The notes under the pieces are model-generated. The model did no database searches. It was not told the origin of the DNA and saw only the letters and a list, made by a program, of their open reading frames with translations. From positions 32,001 through 96,000 of the IMG/VR virus record IMGVR_UViG_3300013121_000020: a stretch of 64,000 bases of DNA. One strand, 5' to 3'. The DNA comes from a virus. Lineage: Duplodnaviria > Caudoviricetes. Position numbers and translations under genes: made by a program. This document shows, in pieces, positions 1 through 9,735 of the stretch (the first letter of the stretch is position 1; the number at the start of each line of letters is the position of its first letter).

Positions 1-2
1 CG

Positions 3-971
3 CTTGGGTGTGGTGGCATACCACAAGGTCGCATAATTGAGTTATTTGGTATGGAATCGTCTGGAAAGACGACAACATGTTTAAAATTTATAGCAGCATG
101 TCAAGATCATTTTTTCGCTAAAAAGAATAGAAATGGTGTTGCGGCATTCGTAGATGCTGAACACGCATTTGATCCGGTGTGGGCAACAAAATGTGGTGTT
201 GATGTTGATAAATTATTATTTTCGCAACCTAACTCTGGTGAAGAAGCACTCGATATTGTGCTGCAACTAGCTGAATCAAGTTTAATTGATTTAGTAGTTG
301 TGGATTCTGTCGCTAATTTGGTTCCCATGAAAGAACTTGATGGTGAGATGGGTGAATCTAGCATTGGCGCACAAGCTAGACTGATGTCCCATGGTCTTAG
401 AAAGATTAGTGCAAAATTAAATGTTAGTAAGACAACAGTTATATTTATTAATCAAGTGCGTCAGAAAATTGGTATTATGTTCGGATCGCCAGATACGACT
501 CCTGGTGGATTGGCGTTGAGGTTTTATTCATCTGTGCGTGGAGAGATTAGAAAAGGTCAGCAGCTTAAAGATGGGGATGCGACTGTTGGATTTAGACCAA
601 CCATTAAGTTTATTAAGAACAAATGTGCTCCACCATTTACTACAGCAGAATTCGATATTTGTGTTGGTCACCCAAAGCGCCCCGTTTGTGGTGTAGACCC
701 AATTGCTAGTTTGATTGAAGTTGGGAGCGATCTTGGTATTATTGAAAAGTCTTCGAGCTATTTTGTGTTCGAGGATGGCCATAAAGTTAATGGTTTGGTC
801 GCTGCGATGGGGTATCTACGCAGTAATGCTGAAGCTCAAGCGACATTGAGAGAGAAAATTTACAATATACTTCTAGAAAGGGTTCATTCTGTTGAGCCTA
901 TAGAAGACGCTGAAGACAGCGATAACGATCTATCCGACGATATTTTGGATGGTATATGTGATGACGACTAA
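3..971 (+). CDS. recA: RecA recombinase (bacterial type), 5' end outside window
   Basis: Frame is open from position 3: LGCGGIPQGRIIELFGMESSGKTT (Walker A), FVDAEHAFDP, SQPNSGEEAL, VVVDSVA, GAQARLMS, IFINQVR, TPGGLALRFYSSVR, KNKCAPPF. Confidence 0.97.
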   Translation, partial: LGCGGIPQGRIIELFGMESSGKTTTCLKFIAACQDHFFAKKNRNGVAAFVDAEHAFDPVWATKCGVDVDKLLFSQPNSGEEALDIVLQLAESSLIDLVVVDSVANLVPMKELDGEMGESSIGAQARLMSHGLRKISAKLNVSKTTVIFINQVRQKIGIMFGSPDTTPGGLALRFYSSVRGEIRKGQQLKDGDATVGFRPTIKFIKNKCAPPFTTAEFDICVGHPKRPVCGVDPIASLIEVGSDLGIIEKSSSYFVFEDGHKVNGLVAAMGYLRSNAEAQATLREKIYNILLERVHSVEPIEDAEDSDNDLSDDILDGICDDD

Positions 972-1293
972 ACCTTTATATGGTCTTGGTGATGTGGTGT
1001 ATCTTAAGGAGTCTGCCGCGCTTGGTTTTATTGAAGCTGTTAGGATAGGTGGTGTGCATCTTGGTAAAGACGGTTGGGTGTATTCAATAAGTACGAGCAT
1101 GGTGCCACCATCTCCTGGTATGTTTCTTGATCGCAGGAGTTTAGTTGGAACTCAGATTTTATTATATACTGAAGATGAGTTAGTTACTGTTTGCGATGCA
1201 TATGTTCTTGCCGAAGCGAACGCTAAAATTCAGTATGAACGAATTAAAGCACAAAGGCAAGCTTTGTGTCCTGATAATCCAACAGCGAGTTAA
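961..1293 (+). CDS. hypothetical protein (small beta-barrel-like N-terminus)
   Basis: ORF coupled to the recA end and the helicase start; likely start MTTKPLYGLGDVVYL. Confidence 0.7.
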   Translation: MTTKPLYGLGDVVYLKESAALGFIEAVRIGGVHLGKDGWVYSISTSMVPPSPGMFLDRRSLVGTQILLYTEDELVTVCDAYVLAEANAKIQYERIKAQRQALCPDNPTAS

Positions 1294-1295
1294 TA

Positions 1296-2630
1296 GTGAG
1301 CACATTAGACAGACTTGAAGAATTGACAGATGTTGAAGCGAAGACGCCATTTGGTCCATATCAAGAAGAAGCTATTATATCATTATTTTTTGACCATCCA
1401 GAATTTGCCACATCTTCTGCTCGTTTTATAGCTCCCACACATTTTAGTCGTTTAGAATGTAGATGGGTTATGGCTGAAATTCTCAATTCATTTGAGAAAT
1501 TTAATGTTATTCCCACACGCAAATGGCTAAGAGATTATATGGAGCAAATTGTCACAGAAGATGACAATTATGCTGAAATTTTTCGTCTGATTGATAGAAA
1601 ATCAGAACCACGTGAAACGCCGCTTATTAAGGACACTCTGCTTAAATGGACCAAAGAGCGAGCATATGGGCTTTTATATTCAGATGAAGCTGTAGAAGCA
1701 TATCATCGTGGTGATTTTGCTTATCTTGAGAATATTATACAAGAAGCGAACCGAATCGCGGATGTTGGAACTACTGGGTTGTGGTTTTTTAAGGATATGG
1801 AGACTTTATTTAATCCAGATGTAATTCGCCATCAGACAACAGGTTTTCCAAGGCTTGATAAATTATTGAATAATGGCGGACCATCGCGGAAAGAGGTAGT
1901 ATGTTGGTTAGCTGGGACGAATGTTGGTAAGTCTATTATGTTGTGTAATAATGCAATTTCTTCCTTAAAGGGAGAAAATCAGGACGGTACAGTTGGTCAG
2001 GATGTGTTGTTAGTGACTTTTGAACTTGATACTATTAAAACAGCTATGCGTTGCTTGGCAGCTGCGACTGGAATTAGAACTGATCAGATTGTTGAAAAGC
2101 AAGAATATATTCGACGCACTATTGATGTAATGAGAAATACATATAAGAAAAGATTTTTAATCCATGAGATGCCGCCAGATGAATGTTCTGTTAATCATAT
2201 TTATGCATTGATAGATAATTTGAAACGTATAGAGGGTTGGAAACCAGATGTTATAATTCTTGATTATATGGATTTGATGGTTAGCCGAAATCCAGCATAT
2301 AATAAAGATGATTATACTAGACAGAAACATGTCGCGAATGAGATTCGTGGGTTAGCGAAAAATGAACAGGCACTTGTGTTTACCGCAACACAAACAAATC
2401 GTAGTGGAGCCAGTGGTGAAGAAATTGTCGATCTGACGAAAGCTGCAGAGAGTTTTGGAAAACAATTTTCTCTTGATTATGTGATAAGCCTTAATCAAAG
2501 TCACACTGATCGATCACAGTCACCACCACGTATTCGCTTGTTTATTGCTAAAAATAGAAATGGTCCGAAGCATGAAACATTAACATGTACGATTAATTAT
2601 GACACAATGGTTGTGAAAGAATTGATTTAA
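1296..2630 (+). CDS. dnaB: DnaB/T4 gp41-like replicative helicase
   Basis: TTGFPRLDKLLNNGG, Walker A AGTNVGKS, VTFEL, IILDYMDLM, TATQTNR, AESFGK, AKNRNGP. Confidence 0.93.
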   Translation: MSTLDRLEELTDVEAKTPFGPYQEEAIISLFFDHPEFATSSARFIAPTHFSRLECRWVMAEILNSFEKFNVIPTRKWLRDYMEQIVTEDDNYAEIFRLIDRKSEPRETPLIKDTLLKWTKERAYGLLYSDEAVEAYHRGDFAYLENIIQEANRIADVGTTGLWFFKDMETLFNPDVIRHQTTGFPRLDKLLNNGGPSRKEVVCWLAGTNVGKSIMLCNNAISSLKGENQDGTVGQDVLLVTFELDTIKTAMRCLAAATGIRTDQIVEKQEYIRRTIDVMRNTYKKRFLIHEMPPDECSVNHIYALIDNLKRIEGWKPDVIILDYMDLMVSRNPAYNKDDYTRQKHVANEIRGLAKNEQALVFTATQTNRSGASGEEIVDLTKAAESFGKQFSLDYVISLNQSHTDRSQSPPRIRLFIAKNRNGPKHETLTCTINYDTMVVKELI

Positions 2631-2683
2631 CGACCACGCATCGGTTTTAGTACTTAGATAACACCATTTTAACGGAGACAATC

Positions 2684-3115
2684 ATGGCAATGCCTAAGAG
2701 TCAAAAATTGTTGCGAGACGAAGCTGCTAAATCTAAGCATGATGTTGCAGATACTATTCCGATTCCGGTGCTGGCGTCTGGTGAACCGCTAAAAATTAAA
2801 GAAATTAAATGCTGCAACGATTTTGTGGCCATATTACAATTTCGTATGCAGTCAAGTTTGGAATTGGGTGATACTGGTTATAAACAAGAAGGAATGGTTG
2901 TTGGTGTTGGTCCTGGATTACCAACGGCATCTGGAGCCAGATGCCCTTCGCAATTGTCGATTGGCGATGTTGTGACATTTTTCGGAAATCCAACATTGAC
3001 TTTAGAACCAAGAAATGGGTTATATAGTGGTCGCAAAATTGTAATTATACCAGAACGATCGTTTATTTGCCATTTGCCAAAAATTCCATATGAAGTGTGT
3101 GATGAAAATAAGTGA
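2684..3115 (+). CDS. groES: GroES-like co-chaperonin (T4 gp31 analogue)
   Basis: NDFVAI...EGMVVGVGPG...G.R.P..LSIGDVVTF Cpn10 pattern; GGAG RBS. Confidence 0.75.
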   Translation: MAMPKSQKLLRDEAAKSKHDVADTIPIPVLASGEPLKIKEIKCCNDFVAILQFRMQSSLELGDTGYKQEGMVVGVGPGLPTASGARCPSQLSIGDVVTFFGNPTLTLEPRNGLYSGRKIVIIPERSFICHLPKIPYEVCDENK

Positions 3116-3126
3116 ACGGAGTTGCA

Positions 3127-3591
3127 ATGTCTAATTTTATAGCTGTATGTCATGATTGCGAACGAAAAGCCAATAGAAAGGCTAAGCGTTGCAAGAGTGA
3201 ATTGACAATTAAAGAAATTGAAGAACTAATTCTTTTTGAAACAGAACATTCGATTACCGCTACGGAAGATGAAATTCGAGAAGCGTTGACATGCCCACGT
3301 TGTGGTGGGGTCAATTGTGAAAAGACTTTTCTTGGTTATAATGTGACTGGCTATGTTCGTGGTAATGGATATTTAGATCGTGCTGGTGCTACCCGCGATA
3401 TGCATATGTTTCATCTTACTCAGGATGATCCATATGCTCAATATCGTGTCCCTGGCGAAGTTGAAGAAATGAAGACGAAAATTAAGAAAGCTGGTCAGCA
3501 TAACCCAAAACGTAAGCATTATGATGTTAAAACAAGAAAATCAATGGAAAAAGCTGTAAAGAAAGTTGCTTCTACTCCTCCAATATCTTAA
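3127..3591 (+). CDS. FmdB-like zinc-ribbon protein
   Basis: CHDC ... CPRCGG..C pairs, basic C-terminus; GGAG RBS at 3118-3121. Confidence 0.6.
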   Translation: MSNFIAVCHDCERKANRKAKRCKSELTIKEIEELILFETEHSITATEDEIREALTCPRCGGVNCEKTFLGYNVTGYVRGNGYLDRAGATRDMHMFHLTQDDPYAQYRVPGEVEEMKTKIKKAGQHNPKRKHYDVKTRKSMEKAVKKVASTPPIS

Positions 3592-3615
3592 TTGTGTTCA
3601 TTTTGTATTTTGGTG

Positions 3616-4845
3616 ATGATGCGTGATCTTTTCATATACACTTTATTTGATAAACAAGGAAGACCCAGATGTACTGGCGTTAAAGTTGGCAATGATATTA
3701 AAATATACGAATTGTTTAGACCGGGTGATAGGAAAACTATTGCGACAATTAATAAGCATCGAAAATTGATTCGTGCGTTAATAATTAATGCAAATCAAAA
3801 ATGTCGAGTTATTATTTCAGATTTTAAAAGTCACATTTCAGCATTTGATCTACCATTAGAATTACAACAATATAATATATATGATCTTCATTTGCCAGAT
3901 TTTTCATGCTCTGATTCGGTGCATAAAGATATTGAAATTGTGAAAAAAGTCTTGTATAAAATGAGTAATAGTCGTATCAGTGAGTATCAAAAGATATATG
4001 CTAATGCTGCAGTTGTGTACCAAGATCTTCAAAATCGCGGTCTAAAAAATAATTATAATGATGTTTTTCCAATTTGGTCACAGAAGACTTTTTCCGGTCG
4101 TTCAAAAACTACAGGGTTTAATATTCAGGGATATACAGAACCATTTCAAATTTTACCACCAAATGTTGATGATAAATCGGTACTAATTCATTTTGATTGG
4201 ATTTGTGCTGATATACGTGTTGCATCATTATTATCTGGTGACGTTGAATTACAGAATTCGTTTGTCAGTTCTGATCCATATACTTACATGATGAAGATTA
4301 TTAATAGTAATTCTACACAACAAATCACACGTGACGAATGTAAGATATTCTTATTAAAAGCTATTAATTCGATGGAATTTGACAACATCGCGTTGACGAG
4401 TATTTATCCTACACTTGGTGATTGGATAATCAAAAGTGGTGTTACAATCGATCAAGTTGGTGGTTATTTAGAAACAATTTTAGGTCGAAGATTTAGGATG
4501 GCGCATGTTAAATCTGCTAAAAATGGTAGATTGGCTGTTTTGAATGGTGCTATGCAAGGATCTGTTGCCAATGGAATGCAAAATGTTGTTCGACGTGTCT
4601 GGGAAAAATTGCGTAACAGGATTGTTGCTGAAATTCATGACTCACTTATAGTATCCTCAGCACCAACAAACCAGGAAATTAAATCAACCATTGATACTGT
4701 AACCAAAATAATGTTATATCCTTTTGATGGATTATTGCCTAGCAACCCATCGTTTCCATTGAAAGTAAGTATTGGTAAAAAATGGCGTAAATGGAAATTG
4801 TTTGCAATATATCGCCACAGTGGAGTAGAATATGTCAAAGTCTGA
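3616..4845 (+). CDS. divergent, thumbless family A DNA polymerase-like protein
   Basis: TFSGRSKTTGFNIQ (TGRLSS..PNLQ), motif A FDWICADIRVASLLSGD, motif B RDECK, GYLETILGRR, NGAMQGSVA, motif C EIHDSLI. Confidence 0.8.
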   Translation: MMRDLFIYTLFDKQGRPRCTGVKVGNDIKIYELFRPGDRKTIATINKHRKLIRALIINANQKCRVIISDFKSHISAFDLPLELQQYNIYDLHLPDFSCSDSVHKDIEIVKKVLYKMSNSRISEYQKIYANAAVVYQDLQNRGLKNNYNDVFPIWSQKTFSGRSKTTGFNIQGYTEPFQILPPNVDDKSVLIHFDWICADIRVASLLSGDVELQNSFVSSDPYTYMMKIINSNSTQQITRDECKIFLLKAINSMEFDNIALTSIYPTLGDWIIKSGVTIDQVGGYLETILGRRFRMAHVKSAKNGRLAVLNGAMQGSVANGMQNVVRRVWEKLRNRIVAEIHDSLIVSSAPTNQEIKSTIDTVTKIMLYPFDGLLPSNPSFPLKVSIGKKWRKWKLFAIYRHSGVEYVKV

Positions 4846-5092
4846 AAAATTGAAGAAGCAGGCGATGATTCGCCATAATAAAAAATTGAAGCGTGTTAAA
4901 CGCAAAAAATCTGTTGTTAAAAAGAAGACTAATGTTAAAGTAAGTAATGGCGTGGTGCAAGCGAGTGCGTTCAATAAGTCTGCGTGGCGTGACAATTGTA
5001 GTGCGCAGAAAGAGCACACGAAAGTATTTCAAAAAAGGATTGCTGGATTTGATAGATCGATTTGGCAACCGCCAGAAAGTATTGGAAATTGA
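4832..5092 (+). CDS. small basic hypothetical protein
   Basis: Lys/Arg-rich 86 aa ORF with GGAG RBS, filling the gap between the PolA-like and UvsY-like genes. Confidence 0.6.
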   Translation: MSKSEKLKKQAMIRHNKKLKRVKRKKSVVKKKTNVKVSNGVVQASAFNKSAWRDNCSAQKEHTKVFQKRIAGFDRSIWQPPESIGN

Positions 5093-5647
5093 TTGATGAT
5101 TAAAATTCCACATGGTAAAGACCGGAATCTACCGGTTTGGATTCAAGAAAATATTCCAGCAGATCTGGTATCGTCTACTTTATTTCGATTTAAAGTGAAA
5201 TTGCAGGCTATAGATAGTGTTGATCCAGATACTAAAAAACCGAAGCGAAAGGAAATAGAAGTAGACCTTATCCCAGACTTGGATCTGGATTATGATATAT
5301 TAGAGTCGCAGATGTCAGCTATTCCGGCCCAATATGCTTTTTGGGCTGCTGTTTACTCTGAGGTCCGCCTTGGCGTGGCGGTCGCTGAGAGGAAACTGAA
5401 AGCGCGGAAGGCTGAAGTTACCAAGGCAATTCAAAAAGAAGCCGCAGAGGAAGGAGTACGACTTAACGCTGATACTATTAAAATTATTGTTGAGGCAGAT
5501 GTTAGGCTTAATGAGGCTGAATTGAATTACCAACATGCTCAAATGCAAGCTGGAAAGTTGTATAACATGTTGGAAGCGTTGAAGATGAAGTCAGAACTAG
5601 CACGGTCTCTGCTGGGCTTGAAAAAGCAAGAACGAGACAATAGTTGA
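5093..5647 (+). CDS. UvsY-like recombination mediator
   Basis: Helical coiled coil with P.QYAFW...LEALKMK pattern, directly upstream of the SSB gene. Confidence 0.6.
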   Translation: MMIKIPHGKDRNLPVWIQENIPADLVSSTLFRFKVKLQAIDSVDPDTKKPKRKEIEVDLIPDLDLDYDILESQMSAIPAQYAFWAAVYSEVRLGVAVAERKLKARKAEVTKAIQKEAAEEGVRLNADTIKIIVEADVRLNEAELNYQHAQMQAGKLYNMLEALKMKSELARSLLGLKKQERDNS

Positions 5648-5680
5648 TGTTGAATTAACTCACAAAATCGAGGTTTCATC

Positions 5681-6793
5681 ATGGCGTACGATGTGGCAGC
5701 CATTCGTAAGAAGATTAAAGATTCAATGTCTGGGAAATTCAATGACCCAGATGAATTTCGGCCAGAAAAGGCAAAATCCACCACAGAACCAACTAAGTAT
5801 CGTTTTTTCATTCTTCCGCCTCTAATTGAAGGCGAAAAATTGAAGAATGGAACAGTCACGCGCGGAATGGATTCTCAGTTTTTTGTCGCACACGGTAACC
5901 ATTGGGTCAATGACAAACCATATCCATGTCCGCGCATCGGTTCAAGTGAACGATGCCCGATATGCGATTTTGGGTTTGAGTTACTAAAAGATGATAAAAT
6001 TAAGAATGATGACGCCAAGCGACAAGCAGTCATCAAACAGTGGATGCCGACGCAGTATTATATGATGAATATCTTTTTTCCGAATGTTAAGGAGAACCCG
6101 GAAGATTTACGCAATCGAGTGATGTTTTATAATGCTCCAAAGACTGTTATCGATGTGTGTACAGCGTGCCTAATGCGTGATGACGCTGGCGATCCTGAGT
6201 CGCCAGAGGCTTTTGGTGTCTTTTTTGATGAGAATAACGCATTCCTGTTTGAACTTCAAGTGTTGAAACAGGGGCGTAATAACTCATACAAGACTTCCAA
6301 ATTTTTGTCGTCACCTAGAGCGATTGTTAGGAATCCAGACAATAGTGCTAATCCAAAGGCCATTGCTGCGGCGTTAGCGCTCCGCCACGATCTGTATTCG
6401 AAGATTGAGACTCCGAATATGGATAAGATCAAGAAGATCTTTGAAGTTATGCAAAATGGTGATGATAGTCCAAGTGATGGTGGTTTTGACGATGATGAAA
6501 ACAAGCCCAAAGTGGCCAGCTTTGTGAAACCACCAGCTGGTAAAGTTGATCCTGGTAAGGGTATTGTCACCAGCCCAGCAGTGATGAAGGCACAGAAAAA
6601 GCAGGTAGTTGTTGAAGACGATGCTGATGTTGATGCTGCGGATCTGGTTCAGACAGCACCAGCACCTGCGCCGAAGGCTAAAGCTCAGGTTGCACCAAAG
6701 GCAACTGAACCATTGGCGGCAGAAGCACCAATAGATGATGTCGATATGTCTGAAATCGATAGTTTGCTTGGTCAGTTAGAAGACAGTGATTGA
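5681..6793 (+). CDS. T4 gp32-like single-stranded DNA-binding protein
   Basis: RFFILPP, H..W, CP..G...CPICD zinc motif, YYMMNI, Y.TSKF, low-complexity linker and acidic C-terminal tail. Confidence 0.85.
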   Translation: MAYDVAAIRKKIKDSMSGKFNDPDEFRPEKAKSTTEPTKYRFFILPPLIEGEKLKNGTVTRGMDSQFFVAHGNHWVNDKPYPCPRIGSSERCPICDFGFELLKDDKIKNDDAKRQAVIKQWMPTQYYMMNIFFPNVKENPEDLRNRVMFYNAPKTVIDVCTACLMRDDAGDPESPEAFGVFFDENNAFLFELQVLKQGRNNSYKTSKFLSSPRAIVRNPDNSANPKAIAAALALRHDLYSKIETPNMDKIKKIFEVMQNGDDSPSDGGFDDDENKPKVASFVKPPAGKVDPGKGIVTSPAVMKAQKKQVVVEDDADVDAADLVQTAPAPAPKAKAQVAPKATEPLAAEAPIDDVDMSEIDSLLGQLEDSD

Positions 6794-6801
6794 TGTTGTT
6801 A

Positions 6802-6846
6802 ATGGTATGTGCCGGGAATAAAATTAATATTCCCGGCACATACCAT
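6802..6846. repeat. perfect 19-bp inverted repeat (hairpin; terminator or RNA stability/processing element)
   Basis: ATGGTATGTGCCGGGAATA-AAATTAA-TATTCCCGGCACATACCAT between the SSB and exonuclease genes; no U-tract. Confidence 0.9.
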
Positions 6847-6858
6847 ATGTGAGGTAAT

Positions 6859-7719
6859 ATGCGACCAGCACTTTTAATCGACGCTAGAAACGCACTATAT
6901 CGTTCAATTTATGCCGTGCGTGCGGATCACCGGCCAGGACCAAAATATCACTATTTTACAATTTTTCTACGTCAATTATCGAAATGGATTCGTACACTTG
7001 ACCCATCAAGCATACATGTTTTTTGGGATGCACCACGTGAAACAACGTGGCGTAGAATGATTTTGCCAACATATAAAGATCGTTCTAGTAGTAATTTTGT
7101 TGAAGGAATTGCTGAAGATTTGGCGATGACTACGAATGTTGCGAAAATGTTTTTCCCTCATATGGGTGTTAGACAATATGAAAGAAAACAAATGGAAGCT
7201 GATGATCTAATTTATACTGCTGTGTCTATTCTTCATCCACAGCGTTCTATAATTGTGTCGACAGACAGTGATATGATGCAAATTCCATATCGTTTTAACA
7301 GTTGTAGTGTCTTTGATCCGACTGAGATGCAAATGGTGCCGGTACCAACTGTAAATCCGGTTTATCTTAAGTCGTTGGTTGGTGATAATGCTGATTCTAT
7401 AAAAGGATATTATGGAATAGGCCCGAAAAAAGGTCAAGCTTTGCTTGAAGATCAAAATGGATTACATGAATTTTTAAAAACAAAAGGTGCAAAAACATTT
7501 CACTTGAATATGTTGTTGATCGATCTTTCTTTGTGTCCGCGTCTCCTATCTAATACGATATATATGCATAAGAAATTGGTTCAACCTATTTCATTTTCTG
7601 TTGATGAGATTAATAAATTGACTATGACTCATAAAGTTAATGGTATTCCACAAGAATTTTCTGATTTAATATTTCCATTTCGTGATATAGCTACACAAAA
7701 TTGTGAACTATCCGTGTAA
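6859..7719 (+). CDS. 5'-3' exonuclease / flap endonuclease (T4 RNase H-like)
   Basis: LLIDA, VFWD, R....PTYK..R, EADDLI, STDSDMMQ, LVGDNADSIKG..GIGPKK. Confidence 0.93.
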   Translation: MRPALLIDARNALYRSIYAVRADHRPGPKYHYFTIFLRQLSKWIRTLDPSSIHVFWDAPRETTWRRMILPTYKDRSSSNFVEGIAEDLAMTTNVAKMFFPHMGVRQYERKQMEADDLIYTAVSILHPQRSIIVSTDSDMMQIPYRFNSCSVFDPTEMQMVPVPTVNPVYLKSLVGDNADSIKGYYGIGPKKGQALLEDQNGLHEFLKTKGAKTFHLNMLLIDLSLCPRLLSNTIYMHKKLVQPISFSVDEINKLTMTHKVNGIPQEFSDLIFPFRDIATQNCELSV

Positions 7720-7755
7720 AGATGAAATATTTGGTTTCACAAACGGGAGCGTAAA

Positions 7756-8040
7756 ATGGCAATTGGTATTCATATTGCACGTGTTGCTTTTCTACCGATT
7801 AACAAATTAACTGGCAGTGTTGTTAATAAAAATGATCAAGCTACGACTATCAATGATGTATTACAGACAGAGCACCGACATGTAATCATTCCTGATACTA
7901 CAAATGCCCCCAATTCTGTTGGGTATCCGACTGTTGATGCGTATCTTAAATTGGAGGCTGCGTCTGACTATGTGGTGTATCATATGGATCAAAACATGAT
8001 CGTTACTTATGATCAAGGCGCTGTTAATGCAGCGACGTAA
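7756..8040 (+). CDS. hypothetical protein
   Basis: 94 aa ORF with GGGAG RBS. Confidence 0.7.
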   Translation: MAIGIHIARVAFLPINKLTGSVVNKNDQATTINDVLQTEHRHVIIPDTTNAPNSVGYPTVDAYLKLEAASDYVVYHMDQNMIVTYDQGAVNAAT

Positions 8041-8042
8041 AA

Positions 8043-8735
8043 ATGGGACAACGCATACGACTGTATTTTGCGCCGGGTTTCGACCATTCTCTGGCACCTA
8101 TTCCGGCACAGAAACTTCGAGATTGGTGGGACGACAATTCAAAGACGGCTAATCATGCCAAACATTGTTTGCCGCTTCAAATGGCAAACAGTCTTGGTTA
8201 TTATATCCTATCACCTGGAACATTTATCGTACGTTGGAATGGTGACATTCATTCTAACGCACAAATTGAACATATTGATAAATCATCTCATTATGAAGTA
8301 GACAATCACGCAGCGTTTGGGTCTTTTACAGTTCAAGCTAAATTTATACCAGTTACTGATGATCCAGGCGATTTTGTGATTATTAAAGGAATCGCAAATG
8401 AGCGAAATGTACCATACACTTGCATGGAGGCCGCTATTGAATCGTGGTGGAGCGTAGCAAATTTTGGTTTGGTTTTTCTATTGAACCAGCCAGGAGAATT
8501 TCTAATCCCAATGGGTAAACCAATTGCTCAGATGTTTATGTATCATGGTGCTGCTGGGGCTGCTGGGCTAGAACTTATTGATGGGCATCCTCCTGGTCAT
8601 GCTGAGTGGCTGGCGAGGCGATCAAGACCAGATTATCACAAAGATCTTGATTATTTTAAAGGTGCAACAGCTTCTGGACAGCAAATAAATACACACATTT
8701 CTAATTGGACACACGCTGAGAAATTTTACAAATGA
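8043..8735 (+). CDS. DUF6065-like protein
   Basis: R.WWD...A.HCLPL.MANSLGY, G..N, IESWW...F, G.PIAQ pattern of a family often paired with 2OG oxygenases in phages. Confidence 0.55.
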   Translation: MGQRIRLYFAPGFDHSLAPIPAQKLRDWWDDNSKTANHAKHCLPLQMANSLGYYILSPGTFIVRWNGDIHSNAQIEHIDKSSHYEVDNHAAFGSFTVQAKFIPVTDDPGDFVIIKGIANERNVPYTCMEAAIESWWSVANFGLVFLLNQPGEFLIPMGKPIAQMFMYHGAAGAAGLELIDGHPPGHAEWLARRSRPDYHKDLDYFKGATASGQQINTHISNWTHAEKFYK

Positions 8736-9487
8736 ATAACATACTAGATAAATGGGTTAATGATTATTACTTATTAGACAACACTGTTGAAAATATTCGT
8801 CAAACTATAATTGCAAAACCATCTGTGAAATATATTGTGCTTGATGACTTCTTTAAAATTGAAATGCTTGATCGTTTAATTGAACATCACCATACTTTGA
8901 AGTTTAGTGAGGAGATGGATAGGAGAGCACATAAAACTGGTGAATGGTTACCATATGATGGGGCTGTAGTGTTTGTTAAACCTGGGATTCATTTCGGTTC
9001 TGAATTATTCTTCGATGATGAATGGCACAGATATTTGGCATATTTATGTCATTGTAACTTGAAATTTCCATCGACCACAGAAATAAAACTTCGCTGGCAC
9101 AGACCAGATGCTGATGGGTTTTGGATTCATACAGATAGTACGATTAGAACTTTGGTTGCTATTTGCTATTTTAATAAAGAATGGAGAGTTGATGATGGTG
9201 GATTGTTGCAATTGTGGAGAGTTGATGAATCAACTGTAGATTCTGTACCATATGTTGACAATCCAACAGGTAGATTAGATATTCTTACTAAGTATCAGCG
9301 TATTAGAACATCCACTCCGGGTGGTGGTTTTAAAAATTGTAAACCACATGATATGGTATTAATCGATCAAATTGTGCCAACATATAATCGTTTGTTTTTG
9401 TGTAATTATCAAAATGACCCTGCATATCATAGCGTTACACCAAGCAATGGTAGAGAACGAACTGGTTTCGTACAGTGGCTTGCATAA
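8732..9487 (+). CDS. 2OG-Fe(II) oxygenase (prolyl-hydroxylase-like)
   Basis: YIVLDDF, HTD (HxD), YFNKEW...GGLLQLW, P.YNRL, HSV...R. Confidence 0.85.
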   Translation: MNNILDKWVNDYYLLDNTVENIRQTIIAKPSVKYIVLDDFFKIEMLDRLIEHHHTLKFSEEMDRRAHKTGEWLPYDGAVVFVKPGIHFGSELFFDDEWHRYLAYLCHCNLKFPSTTEIKLRWHRPDADGFWIHTDSTIRTLVAICYFNKEWRVDDGGLLQLWRVDESTVDSVPYVDNPTGRLDILTKYQRIRTSTPGGGFKNCKPHDMVLIDQIVPTYNRLFLCNYQNDPAYHSVTPSNGRERTGFVQWLA

Positions 9488-9501
9488 ATGTTGGAGACGG
9501 G

Positions 9502-9735
9502 ATGGAAAATCATCATGAAGTTGCTATGAAGCTATGTGCGTTTTGTGAAGCGATGGAAAATGAAAATATTACGAGTCGAGAGTTAGCTGACGCATTGGAA
9601 AATGTAGTGGTTGATAATGCTGATTTTGTGCTTAATAATTTTGGGATGCGGCTTAATTTAGAAATAGCCATTAATGCGATAAATATCATTCAAAATCGGT
9701 TGACGTTAAAGTTAAATGATGAGAGTAACAAATAA
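9502..9735 (+). CDS. hypothetical protein
   Basis: Short helical ORF with GGAG RBS, coupled to the next gene (TAATG). Confidence 0.6.
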   Translation: MENHHEVAMKLCAFCEAMENENITSRELADALENVVVDNADFVLNNFGMRLNLEIAINAINIIQNRLTLKLNDESNK

